A DNA stretch of 64,000 nucleotides from an uncultured Collinsella sp. (GTDB lineage: Bacteria > Actinomycetota > Coriobacteriia > Coriobacteriales > Coriobacteriaceae), in contig CABQMF010000001.1 in the NCBI GenBank assembly GCA_902465265.1, forward strand, positions 5,652 through 69,651, given 5' to 3'. Positions 25,159-35,021 of this stretch are shown here, piece after piece. Both the position numbers and the translations under genes were made by a program. How positions within the stretch are numbered: position 1 is the first letter of the stretch; every line of letters begins with the position of its first letter. The notes under the pieces are model-generated. The model ran no database searches. It saw only the letters and a list, made by a program, of their open reading frames with translations, and was not told where the DNA came from.

Positions 25159-26046
25159 CTACCAGCTCAGCAGCTCGTAGCCGTCCTCGGTCACCACGAG
25201 CTGAACCTCGCACTGGGCCGAATCGCTGCCGTCCTTGGTGCGCACGCACCAACCGTCACCCTTGCTAATCTTGATGTCGGGCGCTCCGGCATTGACCATG
25301 GGCTCGATGGTAAAGACCATGCCCGGGGCCATGATGGTGTCCACATCGGGCGCCTCGGTGGTAAAGCCCACAAACGGGTCCTCGTGGAACTCCTTACCGA
25401 TGCCGTGTCCGCCGTACTCGCGCACCACGCTAAAGCCGGCGTCCTCGACGGTCTTTTGCACGGCCTCGGCCATAACGGACAGCGGCAGCCATGGCTTGAC
25501 GACCGCCAGACCCGCCTCCACGCTGGCGCGGGTGACGTCGACCAGGCGCTGGCGCTCGGCCGAGACCTCGCCGATGCAGAACATGCGGCTCGAGTCGCTA
25601 AAGTAGCCGTCCAGGATCGTGGAACAGTCCACGTTGATGATGTCGCCATCGTGCAGCACATCCGTATCGCAGGGAATGCCGTGGCAGACGACGTCGTTGA
25701 TCGAGGTGCACACACTCTTGGGATAGCCCTCGTAGTTGAGATCGGCCGGCGTGCCGCCGTGCTCGACGGTGTAGTCATAGATCATCTGGTCGATCTGGTT
25801 GGTGGTCATGCCTGCGGCGATATGCTCGCCCACATAATCGAGCACGCCCACGTTGATGGCGGCCGAGCGCTTAATGCCCTCGATATCGGCGGGCGTCTTG
25901 TAGAGCGTGCGGGGCAGAACCTCCCAGCCCTCTTCCCACAAGCGCTCGAGGCGCTCATCAAAGGCGCTATGGCATTTCTTGTATTTCTTACCGCTGCCGC
26001 ACCAGCAAGCATCGTTGCGGCCAGGCACGGGTCCTTTGTCATACAT
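25159..26046 (-). CDS. map: Type I methionine aminopeptidase with an N-terminal SEC-C zinc motif
   Basis: CWCGSGKKYKKCH near the N-terminus, then a MetAP core (VCHGIP, DIINVD, GHGIG, FTIEPM). Confidence 0.9.
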   Translation of the reverse strand: MYDKGPVPGRNDACWCGSGKKYKKCHSAFDERLERLWEEGWEVLPRTLYKTPADIEGIKRSAAINVGVLDYVGEHIAAGMTTNQIDQMIYDYTVEHGGTPADLNYEGYPKSVCTSINDVVCHGIPCDTDVLHDGDIINVDCSTILDGYFSDSSRMFCIGEVSAERQRLVDVTRASVEAGLAVVKPWLPLSVMAEAVQKTVEDAGFSVVREYGGHGIGKEFHEDPFVGFTTEAPDVDTIMAPGMVFTIEPMVNAGAPDIKISKGDGWCVRTKDGSDSAQCEVQLVVTEDGYELLSW

Positions 26047-26098
26047 GGCTAACTTCCTTTCATCCGCAGCTAGTATAGCCCACTCACGCGTCCATAAA

Positions 26099-26165
26099 AG
26101 TTGCGGTGATATAGTTCCGATTTAAGCGGTTTAACAGCATAAATAGGAACTATATCACCGCAACT
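26099..26165. repeat. H-family hairpin repeat, copy C (both arms changed in parallel)
   Basis: Perfect 20-bp stem AGTTGCGGTGATATAGTTCC / GGAACTATATCACCGCAACT with a 27-nt loop. On the minus strand it is followed by TTTTAT and lies 41 nt after the radical-SAM stop. Confidence 0.85.
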
Positions 26166-26206
26166 GATGGAGCGGGATGGCGGGCACTGGCTGCTGCGTG
26201 GTTTTG

Positions 26207-26989
26207 CTAGTAGCTCACCTGGCAGGGGATGCCGAGGGCGCGCACGCGCGCGGCAATGGCGTCGAGCACCTCGGGTGCTGCCTTGGCAAGGCCGGCGACC
26301 GGTGTCTCGCGCGCTACCGTGTAGATGGTTGCTTCTTGTGGGCGAATGCGCTCAAGCGCCGCGAGCCAGGGGGCAACGTACTCCTCGCCGGTGTTGTCGA
26401 TGGGCTTGCCCAGATACTCACCGGTCAAAAAGATCGTCTGGATAATAACGTGACCGTCAAAGCTTGCGAACGTCTCAATCTGGTGCTCGACGTCGTAGGG
26501 GCCAACAGGCTGGTCGAGCAGCTGGATAAACGCCGGGTCGACGGTATCGAGCTTAAGAATGTTGTCGTCGACCATCATGAGCGCGTCGTGCACCTCGGGG
26601 CGGTCGGCGCGCGTACCGTTGGAGAGCACGGCGATTTTGGAGTTTGGGGCAAGCTCGTCGCGCAGCGCGACGGCGCCGGCGATGGCCTGCGGAAACTCCG
26701 GTGCGGCGGTGGGCTCGCCGTTGCCTGCGAAGGTGATCACATCGGGGAGCTCGCCCTCGGCTGCCATCTCGCGCAGCTTTGCCTCGAGCGCGTCGAGTAC
26801 CACGGCAGCTGTGTTGTACGGCTCATGGCAGGGGCGCTCGGCGTTGAGGCCGTTTTCGCAGTAAATGCAGTCGAACGTGCAGATTTTGCCGCTGGCCGGC
26901 ATCATGTTGACGCCGAGCGAGAGACCAAGGCGACGGCTGCGAACGGGCCCAAAGATGGGGCTGGCATTCAAAAACGTAGACATAGGCAT
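26207..26989 (-). CDS. Radical SAM protein (function unknown)
   Basis: Contains GPVRSRRLGLSLGVN..CTFDCIYC (CX3CX2C). Start at ATG 26989 with the SD GAGGAG. The 5' part of the long ORF up to 27577 is antisense to the next gene. Confidence 0.8.
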   Translation of the reverse strand: MPMSTFLNASPIFGPVRSRRLGLSLGVNMMPASGKICTFDCIYCENGLNAERPCHEPYNTAAVVLDALEAKLREMAAEGELPDVITFAGNGEPTAAPEFPQAIAGAVALRDELAPNSKIAVLSNGTRADRPEVHDALMMVDDNILKLDTVDPAFIQLLDQPVGPYDVEHQIETFASFDGHVIIQTIFLTGEYLGKPIDNTGEEYVAPWLAALERIRPQEATIYTVARETPVAGLAKAAPEVLDAIAARVRALGIPCQVSY

Positions 26990-27208
26990 ATGCTCCTCAA
27001 GACAATTGTGCCTAAGCATAGCATCGGCTCCAAAGCAAGGTGCGGGCTCTTGCTTTACAAGTTTCGTTTTTTCACGTCGCTCATTATGCCGCGCCATGAA
27101 AAGCCTCGGGTCGGGTACAGTTAATCTGTTAACAAGGCGTAAGGCAATGCGGGTCCATCCAACCGCACTGACGTGCAACTGGATGAGCATTGATGATGGG
27201 GGCACAAC

Positions 27209-28006
27209 ATGGATTTTACGGTCGAGAATGCGGGCACCACGATTGCCTGTCGCGAATATGCCGGCCCGGATGTGTCGCCTGATACTCCTGCCTTGGTGTG
27301 CGTGCACGGCGCTTGTGTCGACGGCACATTTTTTGACGGTATCGCTTGTGAGCTCAGTCGCAACTACCGCGTAATTGCTTACGACCGCCGCGGCTGCGGT
27401 GACAGCAGCGATGCGGCAGACGACAGCTATGATCTTGCCGCTCAGGCCGCCGACCTGCAAGCCGTGATCGAACACGTTGACGCTCCGGCAAATGTGCTTG
27501 CGCATAGCGCCGGTACGTTGGTGGCGCTGGAGCTTCTTCGCACCGAACCCCATCTCGTCGCCCGTGCGATTCTGCATGAGCCGGCTGTGTCGGCCGAAGG
27601 CGTCGGTATGGGCGCAGCTCCGGTTTTGCTCGATATGATTGCGGCTGGAAAGGTTTCAAGGGCGCTCCGGCTTTTCTTGGGAGCCCTCGGCGACTTGGAC
27701 CCCGAGGCTCCTGGGACGACCGAAGCGGAAGTTAAACATGCCCTGCGCAATGGTCGTTGCTTTATGGCGAACGAATATGGAACAAATATGACATATGCTC
27801 CCGACTGGGAGCGCGCCCGCGCGTCAAAGGCAGTGTCGGCCGTGTTTTTGGGCGAGCTTTCGGTCGATACACCCCGCGAGGCTGGTACGCGAGCGGCTGC
27901 CGAATATCTCGATTGCCCCCTTGTGACGATCCCGGGTGCGCATAACGGTCTGCGCGATCGCCCCGTTACGGCGGCAAACGCCGTTCGCGATGTCTTGGAG
28001 CGTTAG
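27209..28006 (+). CDS. Alpha/beta-fold hydrolase
   Basis: HG oxyanion region (VCVHGAC) and nucleophile elbow AHSAG. Confidence 0.7.
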   Translation: MDFTVENAGTTIACREYAGPDVSPDTPALVCVHGACVDGTFFDGIACELSRNYRVIAYDRRGCGDSSDAADDSYDLAAQAADLQAVIEHVDAPANVLAHSAGTLVALELLRTEPHLVARAILHEPAVSAEGVGMGAAPVLLDMIAAGKVSRALRLFLGALGDLDPEAPGTTEAEVKHALRNGRCFMANEYGTNMTYAPDWERARASKAVSAVFLGELSVDTPREAGTRAAAEYLDCPLVTIPGAHNGLRDRPVTAANAVRDVLER

Positions 28007-28217
28007 CACGCTCGATGACCTGCGGGGAGAGGGGCTGTTAGCGTTTCGTCATTGTTAACGAATGCGCCCATAACCGCGCGCCTGCGGCTCCATTACCGCC
28101 GTTTGCCAGGTCATAAAAATGCAACGATAATCGCGCGTTTGCCTCCAGCTGTTAGATGTTACCCTTGTACCAATTGATATGCACCGTTGCCGTGCGTAAC
28201 GATAGAAAGGGCCCCAT

Positions 28218-30098
28218 ATGCTCAATAATCACGAGGTCAATCTAACCGACGAGGAGGCTGCCGCCGAGGTCGCCCGCGTCGCGAAGACCTACCCCGTGGT
28301 GCGTTTGCTGTCGGCCGATCAGATTAAGAGCGAGCCTAACTGCCTGCTCGCCGGCAATCGGTGCCCTTGTCTGCGCCAGTCAAGTCTTGAGGCCTTGGCA
28401 GGTTCCGATGATGTATCGGAGCAGCTGCTCAATGATGGTACCGAGTACCGCGCTCGCCTGCGCCCTCTGAAGGTCGAGGGCGAGCCTCACGTCCTGCTGA
28501 TGGTGCGTCCGATCGATGAGCAAGAGGCTGCAGAAGAGGACCTCGTCTACACCGACGTGCTGACGAGTGTGCGCAATCGCCGATATTACGAGGAAAAGCT
28601 CCGCAACGCCCGCATGAATGCCGGCGTTGCGGTGATCGACCTTGATGATTTTAGGGTCTTCAACGATACGTGTGGCCGTCATGCCGGCGACCTTGCGCTC
28701 GGTGCTGTGGCGACAGCCATACGCAGCGGAATTCGTTCGACTGACGAGCTTGTACGCTATGGCTGCGACAAGTTTGTGGTCGTCATGCCCAATATTCCCT
28801 CCGATGACTTCACCCGTCGCCTGCATCAGGTGTCCGATGCCGTTCATGCCACGATTGTTCCGGGCCATGAGTACGTGAGCTTGACGGCATGTGTTGGCGG
28901 TGTTCGCATTCATGGCGAGACGGTCGATGAGGGAGTTGGCCGCGCTGTCCAGTTATTGAGCCGCGCTAAGGCAAAAGCCGGTACGGTCGTGACCGACGCC
29001 GATTCCATCGAAGCCTTCCAAAGCGAAAAGCCTTTGGTGCTTATTGTCGATGACTCCGAGATGAACCGAGCCATTCTCAACGAGATGCTCAAGGACGAGT
29101 ATTGCATCCTCGAGGCCGACAACGGTCGTACGGCGCTCGACATGGTCGACCGCTATGGCGATGAGTTGTCGCTCGTGCTGCTGGATATTGTCATGCCGGG
29201 CATAAGCGGCTTTGAGGTGCTGGCCGATCTGTCGCGCCGATCGGGTATCGACAATCTGCCTTTCATCATGATTTCGAGCGAAGATTCCGATGATATGGTT
29301 CTGCGCGCGTACGAGCTGGGCGCCTCGGACTATATCAACCGCCCGTTTGACTCCCGTGTCGTGCGCCGCCGTGTAAGCAACACCATCCGCCTATACGCCA
29401 AACAGCGCCGCCTGACGAGCCTGCTGTCCCAGCAGTACAACGAGCGCGTCAAGAACAGTCGCATGCTCATCGACATCATGGCCGGCGTCATGGAGCTTCG
29501 CAACGGCGAGAGCGGCAGACACGTTACGAACATCGAGAAGCTGACCGAGCTGCTGCTTGGCTGTCTGGTCCAGCGTAGCGGCACGATCTCCCTCGACAAT
29601 GAGGAACGCTCCACGATCGCCCTGGCTTCGGCGCTGCACGATATCGGCAAGATGTCGATTGACGATGCGATTCTCAACAAGCCCGGACGCCTTACGCCCG
29701 AGGAGTTCGAGATTATGAAGACGCATACCACGATCGGCGCCGACATGCTGCGTGAGCTGGGTAGCCATCACGCCGGCAATGCGCTTATGGAATATGCGTA
29801 CCAGATTGCGCGTTGGCATCACGAGCGCTGGGACGGCAAGGGTTATCCCGATGGCCTTAAGGGCGACGAAATTCCCATTGCCGCGCAGGTGGTTTCGGTG
29901 GCTGACGTGTACGATGCCCTGACGAGCGTGCGCGTGTACAAGGACGCTATCCCGCACGAGGAAGCGATCCAGATGATTCTGGACGGTAGGTGCGGTACCT
30001 TTAACCCGCTGCTGCTCGATTGCCTGCTCGAGGTGCAAGACCAAATTGCCGAGACGTTGGCACGCCCTGCTGACGTCGTTGCGTTTCCCACGATTTAG
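28218..30098 (+). CDS. Multidomain c-di-GMP signalling protein: N-terminal unknown domain, degenerate GGDEF, REC, HD-GYP
   Basis: The GGDEF-domain core is present (DVLTSVRNRRYY, VIDLDDFRVFNDTCGRHAGD) but the active site reads YGCDKF, with an RSTD (RxxD) motif 5 residues upstream. REC is marked by LVLIVDDSEMNR..LVLLDIVMPG. HD-GYP is marked by HDIGK and HHERWDGKGYPDGL. Confidence 0.85.
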   Translation: MLNNHEVNLTDEEAAAEVARVAKTYPVVRLLSADQIKSEPNCLLAGNRCPCLRQSSLEALAGSDDVSEQLLNDGTEYRARLRPLKVEGEPHVLLMVRPIDEQEAAEEDLVYTDVLTSVRNRRYYEEKLRNARMNAGVAVIDLDDFRVFNDTCGRHAGDLALGAVATAIRSGIRSTDELVRYGCDKFVVVMPNIPSDDFTRRLHQVSDAVHATIVPGHEYVSLTACVGGVRIHGETVDEGVGRAVQLLSRAKAKAGTVVTDADSIEAFQSEKPLVLIVDDSEMNRAILNEMLKDEYCILEADNGRTALDMVDRYGDELSLVLLDIVMPGISGFEVLADLSRRSGIDNLPFIMISSEDSDDMVLRAYELGASDYINRPFDSRVVRRRVSNTIRLYAKQRRLTSLLSQQYNERVKNSRMLIDIMAGVMELRNGESGRHVTNIEKLTELLLGCLVQRSGTISLDNEERSTIALASALHDIGKMSIDDAILNKPGRLTPEEFEIMKTHTTIGADMLRELGSHHAGNALMEYAYQIARWHHERWDGKGYPDGLKGDEIPIAAQVVSVADVYDALTSVRVYKDAIPHEEAIQMILDGRCGTFNPLLLDCLLEVQDQIAETLARPADVVAFPTI

Positions 30099-30121
30099 TA
30101 TGACCAAAGGAGTTTTAACCC

Positions 30122-30478
30122 ATGATTTCCATGCGTGAGGCGTATGAGAAGATCGGCGCAAATTATGATGACGCGTGCGCTCGGCTGATGGGCGAGGAAA
30201 TGCTTGCCCGCTTTGCCCTCAAGTTTTTGGATGACGAGAGCATGGACAAGCTGGAGGCTGCCATGGCGGCAGGAGACGCCGAGAGTGCGTTTATGGCAGC
30301 GCACACGCTCAAGGGCGTGAGTCAGAATCTGGGATTCGATAATCTGTACGAGCCGGCGGTCGTGGTGACCGAAGCGCTGCGCGGCGCCGATGCCGTTGAC
30401 GGCGCTCGCGAGGGAATGCATGCGCTGCAGCAGCAATATGCGGCCACGATGTCAGCCCTGCGCGAGGCGGCTGAATAA
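30122..30478 (+). CDS. Hpt (histidine phosphotransfer) domain protein
   Basis: AAHTLKGVSQNLG matches the HxxKG phosphohistidine motif. The 118-aa size fits a helical bundle. Confidence 0.75.
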   Translation: MISMREAYEKIGANYDDACARLMGEEMLARFALKFLDDESMDKLEAAMAAGDAESAFMAAHTLKGVSQNLGFDNLYEPAVVVTEALRGADAVDGAREGMHALQQQYAATMSALREAAE

Positions 30479-30519
30479 GAGCTTGCGAGCCTTGGGCTGC
30501 GTGCCGGCCACATATAGGT

Positions 30520-30566
30520 AAAAGGGCGCCCGGCCGGACCATGTGGCCGGCGGGGCGCCCTTTTGT
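30520..30566. terminator. Bidirectional intrinsic terminator between the Hpt and amidotransferase genes
   Basis: AAAAGGGCGCCCGGCC..GGCCGGCGGGGCGCCCTTTT followed by GTGTTG. A-run on the left and T-run on the right. Confidence 0.7.
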
Positions 30567-30583
30567 GTTGTGCTGTCCGTGAA

Positions 30584-31393
30584 CTAACGGGCCTGCTTAA
30601 CCTTGGCCGCTGCCTCGACAAACGACTTCCACAGGTTAAAGTCGGTCTCGAGCGTCTTCCACGTGTACTCAGGGTGCCATTGCACGCCTAGACAGAAAGG
30701 CTGACCTTCGACCTCGATGCACTCGGGAACGCCGTCGGTTGCCTTGGCGACCAAGCGCGTGCTTTTACCCAGACGATCGACGCAGCAGTGATGCGCCGAG
30801 TTGGTCTGGATCAGCCTGTGCCCGCCAACCGCGCGGTCGAGCAACGAGCCCGGCACGACCTCGACGGGATGCACGGGGTCGTTGAGCACGTGGGTATGGC
30901 GCCACTGCGTGCGGCCCTCGCGAGCGCCTAGGCTCGGCACGTCCATGCACAGGGTGCCGCCAGTGGCGACATTGAGCAACTGCGTGCCGCGGCAGGTGGT
31001 AAAGAGCGGCTTTTTGGCGTGGAGTACCTCGTCGACCAGCTTAAACTCAAAGCTATCGCGGATCTCGCAGCAGAGGGTGGGATCGTAGGGTCGATCATCG
31101 CCCCAACGTTTGGGATTAACATCGGGGCCGCCGGGAATGGCGATGCCGTCGGCGATATCGACGTAATGACGGATGACCTCAATGTCCTCGGTGATGGACA
31201 TCTGCAGCGGCAGGCCGCCGGCGGCAAGGATGGCATCGACAAAGACGCTTGCGATTTCCTCGTTGGGGGAGAGCATCTCGGTTAAAAACGGCTCTGCCTC
31301 TTCCCAGCGCGGCGCGACGAGGATGAGCGGACGGTCGGCGGGGGCGACGTCGACGTGCGGGGTGTATGACGATGAAGTGCGAGTTCCGATCAT
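30584..31393 (-). CDS. Gamma-glutamyl-GABA hydrolase-like class-I glutamine amidotransferase (peptidase C26)
   Basis: Nucleophile elbow TCRGTQLLNV and VQWHPE. Start at ATG 31393. Confidence 0.8.
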   Translation of the reverse strand: MIGTRTSSSYTPHVDVAPADRPLILVAPRWEEAEPFLTEMLSPNEEIASVFVDAILAAGGLPLQMSITEDIEVIRHYVDIADGIAIPGGPDVNPKRWGDDRPYDPTLCCEIRDSFEFKLVDEVLHAKKPLFTTCRGTQLLNVATGGTLCMDVPSLGAREGRTQWRHTHVLNDPVHPVEVVPGSLLDRAVGGHRLIQTNSAHHCCVDRLGKSTRLVAKATDGVPECIEVEGQPFCLGVQWHPEYTWKTLETDFNLWKSFVEAAAKVKQAR

Positions 31394-31479
31394 AGGTGTT
31401 GCTTTCGAATCCGGGTGGACATGGCACAGGGGTGCGCGGGACAAACGCTGGTGATGAATTTGCCCGCGTGGCAATTGGG

Positions 31480-32244
31480 TTAGTGGCCCTTAATGGAGTT
31501 GAGGAAGTCCTGGGCGCGCTTGGTCTGGGGATGGTCGAAGAACTCGTCGGGCGTGCCGGTTTCCACGATCTGGCCGTCGGCCATAAAGACGACGCGGTCG
31601 GCCACGCGACGGGCAAAGTTCATCTCGTGCGTGATGACGATCATCGTCATACCCTGCTGGGCCAGACGGACCATGACCTCGAGCACCTCGTTGATCATCT
31701 CGGGGTCAAGGGCGCTCGTGGGCTCGTCAAAGAGCATGGCCTTGGGTTGCATGGCAAGCGAGCGGGCGATGGCTACGCGCTGTTGCTGGCCGCCCGAGAG
31801 CTGTGCGGGCACCTTATCGGCCTGCTCGGCAACGCCCACGCGGCTCAGCAGGTCCATGGCGCGCTCGCGAGCCTCCTCCTTGGACACGCCCAGCACGTCG
31901 ACCGGCCCCAGCATGACGTTCTGCAGTACGGTCATATGTGCAAACAGGTTGAACTGTTGGAACACCATGCCCAGTTCGGCACGCATGCGGGCAAGATCCT
32001 TGCCTTCCTGCGGCAGGGGCTCGCCCTCGATGAGGATCTCGCCCGAGTCGATGGTTTCCAGGCGGTTGATGGTGCGGCACATGGTCGACTTGCCCGAGCC
32101 CGAGGGGCCAATCACCACGACGACCTCGCCGCGGTCGACTGAGAGATTGATGTCGTTGAGGACGTGCAGGTCGCCATAGTGCTTATCGACGTGCTTGAGC
32201 TCGATCAGCGGCTGATTGCCGGTGGAAGAAGTGCTCTGTGCCAT
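31480..32244 (-). CDS. Polar amino-acid ABC transporter ATP-binding protein
   Basis: GPSGSGKST, LSGGQQQRVAIAR and MLFDEPTSALD motifs; GlnQ-like. Confidence 0.9.
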   Translation of the reverse strand: MAQSTSSTGNQPLIELKHVDKHYGDLHVLNDINLSVDRGEVVVVIGPSGSGKSTMCRTINRLETIDSGEILIEGEPLPQEGKDLARMRAELGMVFQQFNLFAHMTVLQNVMLGPVDVLGVSKEEARERAMDLLSRVGVAEQADKVPAQLSGGQQQRVAIARSLAMQPKAMLFDEPTSALDPEMINEVLEVMVRLAQQGMTMIVITHEMNFARRVADRVVFMADGQIVETGTPDEFFDHPQTKRAQDFLNSIKGH

Positions 32245-32280
32245 GGTGCTCGGCTCCTTATGACTCGAAATGGTAAAGCG

Positions 32281-33114
32281 TTAGCGGATGATGGTCGCGC
32301 CGGTCTTGTGCGAAACGTAGACAGCGGCCTTATTGATCGCGACGTTGATGAGGATGTAGATGACCGCGATTACCAGGTAGACCGACACGAGAGCGTCGTA
32401 GTTGGTAATGAGCACGCGGGCATTTTGCATCAGGTCGGGGTAGCTCACCACGTAGGCGACGGTGGTGTCTTTGACTACGACCACAAGCTGCGAAATCAAC
32501 GACGGAATGATAAACCGAATCGCCTGCGGCAACACGATTTTAAAGGTGATTTTAGCTTTGGAGAGACCAAGTGCCTGGGCGGCCTCGACCTGGCCGCGCG
32601 GCACGGCGTTGACGCCGGCGCGGAAGATCTCGGCCAGTACGCCGGCGGCGGCGAGCGCAACGGGAAGCGTGAGCATCCAAAACGATGGCAGCGCAATCTT
32701 GTACTGGGGTAGCACCAAAAAGAAGAAATAGATGAACAGCAGGCTCGGCACGCCGCGGAAGAAATCGGTGAGCACGCGGCAGACCAACTGCAGCGGCTTA
32801 ATGTCGCTGGTGCGGCCGAGCATAAGGGCCAGGCCCAGCACCAGCGCGATGGCGCCGGCAGTGAGTGCGACTTTAACGGTGCCCTCAAAGCCTGCAAGCA
32901 AGAATTTCCAGGTGGTGAGGTGCGTAAAGAAATACCAATAGTGGACCGAAAGCTGGCCGGTCACATAAAAGCGCTGCAGTACCAGGACGGCGAGTGCGGC
33001 CACGGCAACAAGCGAGATGGCGGTGCCGATGCGAATCTTGGCGCGCATCTTGGGGCCGGGAGCCTCGTAGAGCGCATCGCGCATGGTGAGCGCGGGGGAG
33101 GAGTGCTTGCTCAT
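32281..33114 (-). CDS. Amino-acid ABC transporter permease
   Basis: His/Glu/Gln/Arg-type permease with EAAQALGLSK (EAA loop). Confidence 0.85.
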   Translation of the reverse strand: MSKHSSPALTMRDALYEAPGPKMRAKIRIGTAISLVAVAALAVLVLQRFYVTGQLSVHYWYFFTHLTTWKFLLAGFEGTVKVALTAGAIALVLGLALMLGRTSDIKPLQLVCRVLTDFFRGVPSLLFIYFFFLVLPQYKIALPSFWMLTLPVALAAAGVLAEIFRAGVNAVPRGQVEAAQALGLSKAKITFKIVLPQAIRFIIPSLISQLVVVVKDTTVAYVVSYPDLMQNARVLITNYDALVSVYLVIAVIYILINVAINKAAVYVSHKTGATIIR

Positions 33115-33770
33115 CGGAGGATCCTCACCTTCTTATCGATGTAGTTGCCAATGTGGCTCACCACAAAGGCCGTGCCCAGGTAGCCGAGCGCCGAGATAAA
33201 GAACGCGGCGACGCCGCCGAGCGAGCGGGTATTGATGTAGCTCACCACGCCGGTGAGCTCCTGCGGTTTAAGCGGCACCTGACTGCCGAGCGCGGTGGTG
33301 AGCATGACGGCGATAAAGAGGTTCGTCATGGGCAATACGCTTGAGCGCAGTGCCTGCGGAATCACGATCTTGGCGAGGATACGGCTGAAGTTCATGCCGA
33401 GCGAACGGGCGGCTTCGACCTGACCGACGCCAACGGTGTTGATGCCACTCATGAAGTTCTCGGAGCCAAAGGCCGAGCCCAAAAGGACCGTGGCGACGAT
33501 AACGCAGGTGCGGTAGGGCAGGACGACCTTGAGCGGCGGCAGCGCGTAGACGACGATGATAAGCAGCGCGATGCCGGGGATGTTACGGAAGACCTGCACA
33601 TACAGGTCGCCAAAGACGCGCAGCGGCTTGAGCGGCGACACGCGCATCACGGTGACGGCGACGGTCAGCATCATGGCGATGGCAAACGACTCAAGCGTCA
33701 TGCCCCAGGTTGCGAGCAGCGCGTCGATATAGTTCTGGCCATAGAGCGACCAGAGTTCGGAGAGACTCAT
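33111..33770 (-). CDS. Amino-acid ABC transporter permease
   Basis: EAARSLGMN EAA loop. 4-nt overlap with the downstream permease gene. Confidence 0.85.
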   Translation of the reverse strand: MSLSELWSLYGQNYIDALLATWGMTLESFAIAMMLTVAVTVMRVSPLKPLRVFGDLYVQVFRNIPGIALLIIVVYALPPLKVVLPYRTCVIVATVLLGSAFGSENFMSGINTVGVGQVEAARSLGMNFSRILAKIVIPQALRSSVLPMTNLFIAVMLTTALGSQVPLKPQELTGVVSYINTRSLGGVAAFFISALGYLGTAFVVSHIGNYIDKKVRILR

Positions 33771-33908
33771 GCGGACCTCCCGCCGATAAGGAAAGGGGCT
33801 CCCGTGTGTACGGAAGCCCCGACAACTCAGTGAGGAAACAGTTTACCGCAATAAAGCGCATCATGCGTTTCCGTATGGTTTCGTTGCGGCCGTTACCAGG
33901 CTCACTGC

Positions 33909-34904
33909 CTAGGCGCCGATCTCGGGCAGCTCGGGAACATTGGTGTCGCCCGTACGGTCGCCGATGCAGATCTGCCACAGCTTGGTCCAAGTGCCATCGT
34001 CCTCAATCTTCTTAAGGAAGTCGTTGACAAAGGCGACACCGTCGGAATCGAGCGGCAGACCGATGCCATAGGGCTCCTTGCTGCCGAAGGGCTTGCCGGC
34101 AATCTTGTACTTACCGGGCTCGCGGACCAGGGCGCTCTGCTGCATGTTGTTATCGATGACGTAGGCGTCAACGCGGCCCTGCTGGAGTGCCTGACGGGCC
34201 TCCTCGTCGGTCTTGAACTCCTGCTGGCTGGCCTTGGGAGCGAACTCCTCCAGGATGGCGGGGCCGTTGGAGCCGGACTGGACGGCGACGTTCTTGTCGG
34301 CCAGGTCGTCGACGCTCTTGATGTCGTCGTTGTCGGCGAGCACCAGGATGGCCTGCTGGGTGTAGTAGTAGGGGCCGGCGAAGGAGACAAGCTTCTTGCG
34401 CTCATCGGTGATGGTGTAGGTGGCAAAGACGGCGTCGACCTGGCCGTTCTGCAGGACGGACTCGCGCGTGTCCGAGGTCACCTGGGTGATCTCGACCTTG
34501 TTCTCGCCCAGAATGTAGTTGGACAGGAGCTGCGCGATGCCGGCGTCGAAGCCACGGGTCTTGCCGTCCTTCTCGTTGAGGAGGGAGAAGAGCGTGGAGG
34601 TCTGAACGCCACCGATCTTAAAGACGCCGGCGTCCTTGACGGCCGTCGCCCAGGTGCTGGCGGCGATGGCGTCGTCATCGGCCTTGGGGCCGTTGTCGAC
34701 GAGCTTGTCGAATGCCTTAGCGTCGAGCGTGGTGGAAGCCTCGGTATCCTCGGAGCTCTTGGAGGAACCGGCGGCGGAACCCTTGTCGGCCTCGGCGCTG
34801 GTGTCGGAGCAGCCGGCAAGACCAAGGCCGGCGACGGTTGCGAAGGTGGCGGCAACGAAGCCGCGGCGGTCGAGAACGACCTGCTGGGAGAGGTTCTTGC
34901 TCAT
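33909..34904 (-). CDS. Amino-acid ABC transporter substrate-binding lipoprotein
   Basis: Lipobox LGLAGCS, Ser/Ala-rich linker and a family-3 solute-binding core. Confidence 0.85.
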   Translation of the reverse strand: MSKNLSQQVVLDRRGFVAATFATVAGLGLAGCSDTSAEADKGSAAGSSKSSEDTEASTTLDAKAFDKLVDNGPKADDDAIAASTWATAVKDAGVFKIGGVQTSTLFSLLNEKDGKTRGFDAGIAQLLSNYILGENKVEITQVTSDTRESVLQNGQVDAVFATYTITDERKKLVSFAGPYYYTQQAILVLADNDDIKSVDDLADKNVAVQSGSNGPAILEEFAPKASQQEFKTDEEARQALQQGRVDAYVIDNNMQQSALVREPGKYKIAGKPFGSKEPYGIGLPLDSDGVAFVNDFLKKIEDDGTWTKLWQICIGDRTGDTNVPELPEIGA

Positions 34905-35021
34905 GGTAGAACACCTTTCTCAATAAAATCCCTAGCGGTTGAGTAGAGTTATACCCTATCGCGCTCAAATGGGTCAACGCGAAATAACTCAGAAACATAC
35001 TTGCCTTATGGGTTATTGTAT

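Noticed and set aside
26990-27577. N-terminal 195-aa extension of the radical SAM ORF
   Set aside because: The extension overlaps the alpha/beta hydrolase gene in antisense and lacks family similarity. A strong SD (GAGGAG) precedes the internal ATG at 26989.
31404-31412. tRNA-like T-loop sequence TTCGAATCC
   Set aside because: No acceptor, D or anticodon stems can be drawn around it. It lies in the short leader of the amidotransferase gene.
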